From the NCBI GenBank assembly GCA_044892505.1, contig CM097883.1:42346001-42410000 (forward strand): a stretch of DNA of 64,000 bases, read 5' to 3'. A program made the position numbers and the translations under genes. Below are positions 36,770 through 46,712 of this stretch, piece after piece (within the stretch, counting starts at the first letter, position 1; each line of letters starts with the position of its first letter). The DNA is from Schmidtea nova. Its lineage: Eukaryota. Below the pieces are notes generated by a model, which saw only the letters and a program-made list of their open reading frames with translations, was not told where the DNA came from and did not search any database.

Positions 36770-36905
36770 TTTTATCGTTTACTAACTTATCAATCAATAT
36801 CCCGATTCTTAGTGTTTTATTGTTTGTTAACTTATCAATCAATATCCCGATTCTTAGTGTTCTATTGTTTACTAACTTATCAATCAATATCCCGATTCTT
36901 GTGTC
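36770..36905. repeat. 42-bp tandem repeat x~3.3 between pol and ORF3
   Basis: ttcttagtgttttatcgtttactaacttatcaatcaatatcccga repeated; ends just before ATG 36917. Confidence 0.9.
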
Positions 36906-36916
36906 TTCAATTAACA

Positions 36917-38869
36917 ATGCAATCAGAGCCAAATTATTCTCGATCTATGAACTATGTGGCTATGATCAACAAACACCCTCTAAACTTTTACAAAACCCTA
37001 CAAAACAAAATATGTACCGATGGAAATCCAATCACAATCAGAAGCTTCCCAAACCAAGTATGCATCCCAAATGATATGAAAGTGGAAATTGAAGAAAGAG
37101 AACTACACATTATCAAATTTAATGAAGCTCGACGAACAAAACTAAAAGACCTAATCGGCACATTTGAAAAACATCTTAATGTCGACAAAGCGGTAATCGA
37201 AGGAAAAAAGGTACCACATAGAATCCTATTCCACATGACAAAAACCGAGGTATCAATTTGCCAACATAAAGTACCAATAATCACAACAAGTAATTGTTCA
37301 ATCATCATCAAAACAATTACAAACAACAGAAGTATGCCAGACGATTTTAATCACCTCATAATCCAAATGAACAACTTACCGTGTGTCATAGGAATCGAGA
37401 TACTCTATATCCCTCTGATATCAAATCCATTCCAATCAATGCCGCCAATCCCTTCAAAACCTTGGTACGATCAAAGCTGGATAAATGAAAAAATCTCTTT
37501 CACACACAATGAATTATCCACAGAAGAGAGACACCAACTAATTATGTTCATGGATGCAAAATTTGCAATTGATAAAAATGACAACAAGCGACCAGTAGAA
37601 GTATGTATAAGAAAGTACAACGGTGAAATTATATACAACAAAAAGATAACCCCAAGAACGAAGATAAAAAACTTCTGCACAGAAAAAACAATGATTAATA
37701 AAGAAAGTATCGTCGGAAATGAAGATGAGTACCAGGCGCTATTGGATATCAGAAAGCTGTTGTGGGGAAAAATAATCATAGGATTTGACATGATAGATAA
37801 ATTAAAAATGCTAACATTTGGTCTAGACAACATTGCAGGAATGAGAGAAATGGCCGGAGATAAATTTATGTGCTCATTCGTGAAAAACGTGGATCCACTC
37901 AAAATTAAGCTATCCAATTTAGCTTACCAAGTGATTAAATACCATAAGAGATGGTACAAAGATAAGAGACTGAATGAAGCATTAGTAGAAAGTGAGCCAT
38001 TTTCTGCCAGAAAGACAACAACAATATTAAAGGTAATATATGGAATAGTAGAAGACAAATGGGAACCTATAATAAAATGGAATTCAGCAGCTTCAACATC
38101 GTTACAAAGTGATACACCAATAACAGACGATATCGAAATGAAAGGAGACCTATACCAGATGCAAAACAGAAAATCATGTATGGAAGAGTTGAAGGAAAGC
38201 GAAGAAGAAAGTATAATAATGGATGAAAATTCAGATATGGAAGAAACAATACATGAAGATAGTGATGATGACCTAATGATTACAAAAGAAGAAGGACCAC
38301 CAGAAAATCAAATAATGATTAAAAACGAACCGCAACTAATACAAAAATACAAAGAAAGAGAAGACATATGCGATTTAGATTCGGACGAAGAGTATTTTTC
38401 AGTTGAGGAAAACGACGAAGAAGACTTCACAAAAGAAATGGAGAGTAAAATAAAAGCAGAAGACGAATTAGGACCAGAACCAGGCATTGAAATGGAAATA
38501 GAAGAGGAGGAAGAACCTAGCTTCATTATAGGTGCCGACCAAAAAGAGATAACGGAAAAACAATTATGTACCCATTTCGGAAGACGAATTGAGGAAGATG
38601 ATACCCTAAATCTTGCAATCAAGAAAGGATTCAAGAGAACAGTAATGAAATTAAAGGATAAAGAAATTGAAATGGTCCTGAGCGAAAAAGGTAATGAGGA
38701 CATTACTTTGACGGCCCTGGGAGGAATGTTGGATGATCGAGGGAAGCCCATCCAAGCATTTACCCTGAACAAATATTACAGGACAGGGCCTAATCGATAC
38801 ATGGTTAATATATATGCAGAAACCCAGTCCGAAAATAATGCAGACTCCATCTTCAATCGCCTCAAATAA
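36917..38869 (+). CDS. ORF3 (~650 aa from ATG 36917; open from 36413): REX4/ISG20-like DEDDh exonuclease fold with altered catalytic motifs and an acidic tail
   Basis: IMFMDAKF...GEIIYNKKITPRTKIKNFCTEKTMI...LLWGKIIIGFDM follows the REX4 pattern VA+DCE...G.V+YD..V.P...V.D.RT..SGI...L.G+ILVGH; the last 47 codons lie in the 3' LTR. Confidence 0.75.
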   Translation: MQSEPNYSRSMNYVAMINKHPLNFYKTLQNKICTDGNPITIRSFPNQVCIPNDMKVEIEERELHIIKFNEARRTKLKDLIGTFEKHLNVDKAVIEGKKVPHRILFHMTKTEVSICQHKVPIITTSNCSIIIKTITNNRSMPDDFNHLIIQMNNLPCVIGIEILYIPLISNPFQSMPPIPSKPWYDQSWINEKISFTHNELSTEERHQLIMFMDAKFAIDKNDNKRPVEVCIRKYNGEIIYNKKITPRTKIKNFCTEKTMINKESIVGNEDEYQALLDIRKLLWGKIIIGFDMIDKLKMLTFGLDNIAGMREMAGDKFMCSFVKNVDPLKIKLSNLAYQVIKYHKRWYKDKRLNEALVESEPFSARKTTTILKVIYGIVEDKWEPIIKWNSAASTSLQSDTPITDDIEMKGDLYQMQNRKSCMEELKESEEESIIMDENSDMEETIHEDSDDDLMITKEEGPPENQIMIKNEPQLIQKYKEREDICDLDSDEEYFSVEENDEEDFTKEMESKIKAEDELGPEPGIEMEIEEEEEPSFIIGADQKEITEKQLCTHFGRRIEEDDTLNLAIKKGFKRTVMKLKDKEIEMVLSEKGNEDITLTALGGMLDDRGKPIQAFTLNKYYRTGPNRYMVNIYAETQSENNADSIFNRLK

Positions 38870-39952
38870 TCACCCTTCTTCAATCAAAGCTAACAGAGCC
38901 TAAAATAATCACCCTTCTTCAATCAAAGCTAACAGAGCCTAAAATAATCACCCTTCTTCAATCAAAGCCAACAAAGCCTCAAATAATCACTATATGACTA
39001 TGTTTATGTGATCACAACTTTATTATCTAATATACTTTTAAATTTTGTATATGAGTGTCATTATTCTGTATTTGAAGTGTATATAATTATTCTGTACTTG
39101 AATTTCATAATTATTCCGTATATTATCATTTGAATTTTATGTATATTTGTGTAAAAATCTATAAGGTAATATATCTGTATATGACAGTGCATGAGATGTG
39201 AAGTAATAATATATTAAAAAGGGCAAATTGTAGATAATAAATTTTTAATAAAAAATAATAATTTTAGATAATAATATATTAAAAAGGGCAAATTGTAGAT
39301 AATAAATTTTAGATATTTATTTAATAAAAAAATAATAATTTTAGATAACGACAAATTGTAAAACGACAAGATGTAAATTCTAGATATTATTCTAGATATT
39401 GAGCCAGATAAAATAAACAAAATCCGGTTAAAAAGACCGATTGAAATATAAATATTTTAAATAAATATAATTATATGATGGTTAAAAAGACCGATTGAAA
39501 TATAAATATTTTAATATAATGATTGTCGAACAAGATAAAAATTTACTATATAAGCTGATGGAAAAATCAGAAAAAAGGCCCAAAAAATTTCATAGCTTTA
39601 AAATCTAATTTTAAACTAAAGAATTAAAATCTGCGCAATATCGAGTTTTCAAGGAAATCTTGAAAAACTTATTAAAACCCGGATCAGAAACATTGGATCC
39701 ACAAATAAAATATAGCACGCACTACATAGCAGTCACCCAATAGGTTCAATTACAAGAATTGATTTGACACGACTTTTTCTTTTTTAAAAAAATTGTGTAA
39801 TAAAGAATTTGAGTTATTAATTGTAAACGGAATAAAAAGTAATTTTATTGTATTAATAAAATTTTGAAACAAACTTTGTTTTTGACATTTATATACGAAT
39901 CACCCCAATAACGAGTTGAGATTGCAAATAGCAAATATTTGGAACCTCAACA
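38727..39952 (+). repeat. 3' LTR
   Basis: See 5' LTR. Confidence 0.97.
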
Positions 39953-40939
39953 CTGAGGAACCTGCAGTTTAAAACTGACATTGCAACTCTTACGTTTTGA
40001 CAACCTGAAATAGAGTTGTATGTTGGTGGGCTACATGACAGAAGAAATAGGTCCATTTTATCTTTCTTTTTTGGATTGGTTTTTGAAGGAATATTTCTGT
40101 CATGGATTTCCAAAAAATATATTGCTCAAAAAACTTTGAAATATGATATTGTGATTAAAGCACAATAGTTAAACCTAAATATTATTAGAAATTTCTTTTT
40201 TTACCATTTTATAATAAGAATTTATAACAATTAAATTTGAACTTGTTTCCATCATCTAATACATGAAAACAAAGTTGTACTCTGTTAATAATATCTTTTC
40301 TGTGATGGTTTAAGAGACTGAAACTTGATGTTTATAATACTTGGCTAGTGATAATACCTGGTCGATTATTATATTCTTACTCTGACTGAATACACAACTG
40401 AAATACACACTTGATAAAGGCTGTGCCGAAATATTGTGTACTTGTTTAAAAATAAACTTTTGATTTATAGGCTTATGTAAATTATTGATATTAATATTAA
40501 ACAAGGATCAAAGGTTAAACAAAAAGATAATTATGATTTAATTTTCTATCAAACATTACAAAGAAATTTACGAAGTTAAAATAAAATTTTATTTAAAACT
40601 CGATATTACGAATCACAATCTTCATCTATTTTTCTTAATCCGTGCGCATTCTTTATTATAGAAAGAGGAAGAGATAAAAAAAGGTTTTAAAATCAATTAT
40701 GATACACGTTTTAGTTTTCTGTAATTATTCACATGATTCTGACTGCAAAACACTAATGTAAATATGTGAATGTATTAAACACTGTTGACCATTTATAAAA
40801 ATGATTTTCATGAAGACTTTTAAACCTTGCAACTGTATCTCAATGAAAAAAATGGTTTGAGGATGACCCATTTATATGTTATCAATCAAATCATGCATTT
40901 TAAATTTTAGCAAAGGTTTTTCCGGATTTCATGTATTAT

Positions 40940-42190
40940 TCATTGCAACCGTTTATGAGAGGTGCTAGAAACGTCAGAGATTACTAAGCGAGGCGCATGT
41001 CTCTCTTCGTCTAAGAATTTGTCCCATAGCGCCAACTCAATATAACTAGTCGTATACTGGCCACAATTCGACACCATGGATTGTAGAATCATAATCCCAT
41101 CATGTTTCAAAAACTCCTCACTGAATCTTCTAACAAGGTTCAAATCATTCAACTCTCCGTGAGCTCGAAGATTCAGTGAAGCCTTGACGAATGATTCTCG
41201 CCTCGAACTCGTATTGAGGAGCATCGATAGAACATTCAGCGCATTCACCAGTGCTACAAACATCATCCAAATAGATAAAAGGATAAACATATTTCCCCAT
41301 AGCATGTTGATCGGTAGAACGCATTCCAATTCATAATGATTGATCATCGCTTGATCGGCAATCGGCATCACTGCATAAGCCATTTTTGGAAATCGCGGAA
41401 TCGCATTCGCATATTCTCGGTCAACAATGAAGTTCCTGATAGACACAAAATACTCCTCGGCATTGGCATAACCGACAAATCTCGCCATTCCAATTACAAT
41501 GGTACAACTGACAAGCAAATACAGGGTGGCGACTACCAGATAAGTCCATGATAGAATTGTTCCGTTTCTTCTTGAAGGAACGAGAAGTGGACAGCAGGAT
41601 CTATGAACCATCCTTTTAACCGATGACAGCCAGCCGATTCTTTTCATTCTTCTCTCTGATGTGAACATAATTTTCATTTTGTCTGCGATTTCTGAGATTG
41701 ATTCCTCCGAAACCGCCCCAACTTTCCTTGCCAGAGATCGCGCTTTGATCAAACTGTTCTGTAAGTCTATGTCAACCGCCTTCCTTGTGACATATGATAA
41801 AACGGCATGCGGTAAATACAGTAAAATTGCCGCCAGTGATAAATAAAAAGGCGTCCAAATGTAATAATCTAACGAGAAATTGTCCAATGATTGTGAATTG
41901 GCCGCTCCATCGTTATTCGGTATCTTGCTGTATTTCGAGTTGATCCATCCGTATTCCTTTGCGAATTTATCGAAGTCTTTGCCAGATGTAGCGATTGGGG
42001 TGTAACATTCGATGGGAGAGCTCCAATAAACCTTGGCAGCTATGATAAGAATTGATAAAAGGAAAAGCTTACAAGACACAGACCAATTGAGCCTGTCAAT
42101 CGCTCCTTCAAGTTCAATCGTGCTCTCTTTGGGTTTTTTGGTCAGATCAAAAAATGACTTGGTAATCATTTGAATGATGAAAGAAGCCAT
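40940..42190 (-). CDS. inx: Innexin, 416 aa, intronless, copy 2 (4 aa differences from copy 1)
   Basis: Inverted duplicate 40841-42440 of 15439-17036; differences PNK>PNN, FPR>FPK, YIV>YIE, DVP>DVS. Confidence 0.93.
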   Translation of the reverse strand: MASFIIQMITKSFFDLTKKPKESTIELEGAIDRLNWSVSCKLFLLSILIIAAKVYWSSPIECYTPIATSGKDFDKFAKEYGWINSKYSKIPNNDGAANSQSLDNFSLDYYIWTPFYLSLAAILLYLPHAVLSYVTRKAVDIDLQNSLIKARSLARKVGAVSEESISEIADKMKIMFTSERRMKRIGWLSSVKRMVHRSCCPLLVPSRRNGTILSWTYLVVATLYLLVSCTIVIGMARFVGYANAEEYFVSIRNFIVDREYANAIPRFPKMAYAVMPIADQAMINHYELECVLPINMLWGNMFILLSIWMMFVALVNALNVLSMLLNTSSRRESFVKASLNLRAHGELNDLNLVRRFSEEFLKHDGIMILQSMVSNCGQYTTSYIELALWDKFLDEERHAPRLVISDVSSTSHKRLQ

Positions 42191-43799
42191 TGAGCATGCC
42201 TATATATGAAATATTCTTGCTGAATGACGCAATATAATAATGAGGATAATTCTTGATAAATATTTACGGAATTTTGTAATTCCATGAAACTTGTTTCTGA
42301 GATTTTCTTAATTCATTTTCCGGCTTATAATCAAGTTTTCTTAAACATTTTTCATTCTTGACCCTTTTCTCGTTTTGGCGGTCCATTTTATATCTAGCAC
42401 TGTTAATAAATCATTTAATAGTTAACCCTCGATTACGGTCGCTTGGATGTTTTGAATCAGCGGTGCTTTAGTAATACCATATTTTTCATTTTATGTGTAT
42501 GTGAAATTTTTGTTGTTTTATTCAACTAATGTCTATCATAAATAATAAGACAAACACTGGTTTGAGGAATATTTATTAAATAACATAATTTTATACACAT
42601 AAAAAATATTTACCGTGACCAAATAATTAAAAAGATTTTATATAGTTTTTTTATATTATGTGTTCTTTGATTTATAACCCTAATTATAGTTACATGAGCT
42701 CAGTTATGTAATCTGTATGCTCAAAATTTGGCTTGCTGAGTCAAGTTCTTAATGTGAAGCTCTTCGTAAGTAAAGATTTTATGGGTTGATCTGACTGAAA
42801 AATCAGTCACTTTATATATTAATTTTTAAAGCACTTAATCTGCCAATAACTTGTTATTGTTCCACGCAAGTTTATTAAAAGTGATATTGTTTTCATAAAA
42901 GAATTGTTTTTAACCTTGGAATTGTGAATATAATTTTATTTTGTTGACCTTTGCAGATCCTAACTATAATTTATTTAAACAAAATGTAAAATTTTATTTT
43001 ATTATTTATTTTAGTTTTATTATTATTATTTATTTCTTCGAAATAAAATATTAAAGTAATTTCAAAAATATAAAATAAAATAGTAATCATTTTCTAAATA
43101 ATTTTAAAATAAAATTAATTAACAAAACTACTTTTTCAAAATCATCTAAAATATTTTTTAGTTTTCTAAATTTACAGTTTCACAAAATAAAATGCAATAC
43201 AAATTCGAATCATTAATAATTTGTTGAACAATTGCCTGCCTTCATCGTTATCATGTTTAGTCCATTTCTTTACGTTAACATTTACATTTACTTTGTACGT
43301 AATTGTCCCATATCTAACATGTTTAAAATAAGTATTAAAATTAGATATTAAATAAAAATTAGTTAAATGTTAAAGGTTCATTCATTAAAAGCAAAGAAAG
43401 TTTATGCTGTGTGTCCAACACCCTGTGACTTTAATCACGTTTTAAAGTACACGGCCGTATTGAAGCGTTTAAAGCAGAACTATTTTTTATCACTCTCATG
43501 GAATGGTCAATGCGAGATAATGAATAAAATTATATTCTTCATAGAATGTAATTTGAACAAAATGGATTGGGAAAATATTTTAAAAACGGCAATTTGTCCC
43601 GTTGAGCACTCCTCTGTTTATCAACAAGGTATATTTCATATAATTAAATTTTCAACTTCCAAAGAATAAAAATAATACGTTACGGTCTTAAGGATACTTT
43701 CAAAATAACAATCAAGAAATATTCGTTTTCTGATTTTATTTATTTAGTGCTTACAATTATAATGATGGGTATAATAATGGTTGTTTTCGAAATGCTTTA

Positions 43800-45140
43800 A
43801 CTTGTAAAACACAATCAAACAAAAGAAAAATTAAAAATGGAAGAAATCAGTAGAAGAAGCAAATTATGCTAAAATTATTAAAGAGAAAAAAGAAATCGTA
43901 CAGAAAAAATCAGCATGATTGAAGAAAACCTGAAAATTCCGAATTTGGCAAGGACGGGGAAGGAAGAAATGAGGATATGTATGATGAAACTCTCGGAGTT
44001 ACTGGTGAAAAAAGAAGGAAAAAAGTTGGGAAATACATTTTTTCAAGGGAAAAGTCGAAATTTTGGAATATTATGGGACAATATGGAGAATCATGAAAAA
44101 TAACTCATTCTGAAAAATTTCGAAGGACATTTGGCACAAGAAAATGAGAGCGCCTAATGGAGTCGTCTGGCTAGTTTTGAAATATCGAGGGGAAACTGTA
44201 ATAATTCCGACAATTTGAGAAGCATTTCAAATGAAGAAGAGAATAATTTGATGCCAATAACAGAGGATATGCTAAAACACAGAAACTCGTTCTTATGGGA
44301 AAAAATGTTGAGTGAGGAAATCAGGAAAAACATCGTGTTTATGGACGCGAAGTTTGGAAAAAATGAGGAAAACAGGATGATTGCATTGTCCATTTGCCTA
44401 ATAGATTATACAGGGGAAATATTATACAACTCCTTGATAACCCACAAGAGAGACTAAATATTTATGCTACGCAGATAAAATGGAATTACCGAGATGTCAT
44501 GAAATCAAGAGGATCAGAACGAGAACATGGAGGAAATACACCAGCTAACAGAATGAAAAATTTTAGTGGGTCATGATCTGCAAAGTGAATTATTGTACAG
44601 TTAAGTACTACCAAGTGATTTGTGGGGAATTCGAGATTTGGCAGCAGCTTGTGCATTAATATGCAGAAGGGAAATCATTCCACTTTAGAAGACACTGATG
44701 CAATCAGAAGAGTTTATTTATACATTGAGAATGATTGGCAAGATCATATAAATTGTGCTGAGAGGGTAGCCAAAACATAATGTTCATTGAAAGACAACAG
44801 AAAAAGGAAAGCTGTATCAACAGGTGACGAACCTGGCGAACCGAGAGAGAAAAGGGACATAAAGAATCAAACAATGAAGCAAAATATGGAAACAGCAGAA
44901 GAGATTCGAGTGGTTATGGGGCAAAGGGCGTAGTTGACAACGGAAAATGAACTAAATGTGGCATTGAGTAACAACATTCGAGTGAAAAAAAGACCTTAAA
45001 ACGGAAACCCAAAAAAAGAAAAAGGAACTCAAACAGTGAATGAAGGAGTCGCTGTCAAGAAATTAATAACGATCGATGGAGAGAAATTGGAGCTCACCAA
45101 AGTTGTGGTAACCTATAAAAAGAGAAAACAAACAGAAAAA
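43800..45140 (+). pseudogene. Decayed, diverged homolog of the Gypsy ORF3 exonuclease
   Basis: IVFMDAKF (44341), GEILYNSLIT, KILVGHDL (~44557-44580), GIRDLAA across frameshifts. Confidence 0.7.
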
Positions 45141-46712
45141 GTTGATATAAATAAATAAAAGTATTTAGTTATTATTAACAGCTGTTTTGATTTGTGCATC
45201 CCAGGGTTTTCATAAAAATGCAAAATGTATTAAAAGATCAAAAAGATATAAAATAAAATAATAATAAATGTAATGGTAATAGAACAAAGGCAATTATTTT
45301 ACCCTGGATTCAAAATAATAGGAAGAATAATTGTAAAATACATACAATGATTTAAAATAATTTATAAAAATTTATAAATAAAAATTAAATTATACTAAGA
45401 ATTCCAATACTAATAAGTATGTAGTACAAACCTTATGGGAGTGACTCAGAACAATAGAGATATGTATATGTTTATAATTATTAATAATAATAAAATAATA
45501 AAATAAAGGCAAATATAAAACTTAAAATTCAAAAAAAAATTAATAATATATCTTGAGAATTCCAAATGTCGAACTTCGATATTCGGATTTCTCAGGATAA
45601 ATTACCCTGCTCACCTGCAACACTGGCGCAACCGGTGAGCAGGATAATTTAAAAATGACATTAATTTTATTTTTAGAAAAAGCAAAATATAATGGGGTCG
45701 TAAAAAAAGTAATAATTATCATAAAACTTTTATNNNNNNNNNNNNNNNNNNNNNNNNNNNNNNNNNNNNNNNNNNNNNNNNNNNNNNNNNNNNNNNNNNN
45801 NNNNNNNNNNNNNNNNNNNNNNNNNNNNNNNNNNNNNNNNNNNNNNNNNNNNNNNNNNNNNNNNNNNNNNNNNNNNNNNNNNNNNNNNNNNNNNNNNNNN
45901 NNNNNNNNNNNNNNNNNNNNNNNNNNNNNNNNNNNNNNNNNNNNNNNNNNNNNNNNNNNNNNNNNNNNNNNNNNNNNNNNNNNNNNNNNNNNNNNNNNNN
46001 NNNNNNNNNNNNNNNNNNNNNNNNNNNNNNNNNNNNNNNNNNNNNNNNNNNNNNNNNNNNNNNNNNNNNNNNNNNNNNNNNNNNNNNNNNNNNNNNNNNN
46101 NNNNNNNNNNNNNNNNNNNNNNNNNNNNNNNNNNNNNNNNNNNNNNNNNNNNNNNNNNNNNNNNNNNNNNNNNNNNNNNNNNNNNNNNNNNNNACAAGTT
46201 TGTCTTTTTACAGGTACAGATAAGATATTCAGCATGGAATATTACAACAACAATCATATGTTAAAAAACTGCTGCATCTTTTCGTGGATCTGATATTTCA
46301 TTGGAATTCATTATCCAGCTTTGCGACATTTTTCAGTTGAATTCAGCTTTCTAAAATATAAATGGTTTCGTCGCAGAATGTTTTATTTCGAAAATTACCT
46401 TTAACTACTTGAATTGCCAGTTCAAAAGAGGGTTAATATTTACATACTTTTATAGTTAAAACAAATGTATTTTACAAAACTTTATAATAATTTAAATTTG
46501 TTTAATTAATACTATTTAATATTTATTTACACAAAGTTTGGGAGAAACCCATTGGTATGAAAGTACCAAATTCTAGCTGAATGTGCAATATTACTTATTG
46601 CACAATCTTTCAATAGTGTTTTAATTCTTTTCTCTTGGACCCCCATATTTAATAAAAGATCTATTGTTTTAGGTTCGAATGATCCCAAGGAGCCAATTAT
46701 ACAAGTAAACAA

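Larger units (their letters stand above)
25961..39952 (+). mobile_element. Full-length Ty3/Gypsy LTR retrotransposon / endogenous metavirus with env-like gene, 13,992 bp
   Basis: TG...CA LTRs of 1226 bp (25961-27186, 38727-39952); CTGA TSD (25957-25960, 39953-39956); PBS at 27189; PPT gggaggaa at 38719-38726; PR-RT-RH-IN order with a GPY integrase tail. Confidence 0.97.

Noticed and set aside
27504-38772. Many antisense ORFs in the large Gypsy (e.g. 29214-30140, 308 aa)
   Set aside because: Shadow frames caused by the extreme A-richness of the sense strand; low-complexity F/L/I/S content.
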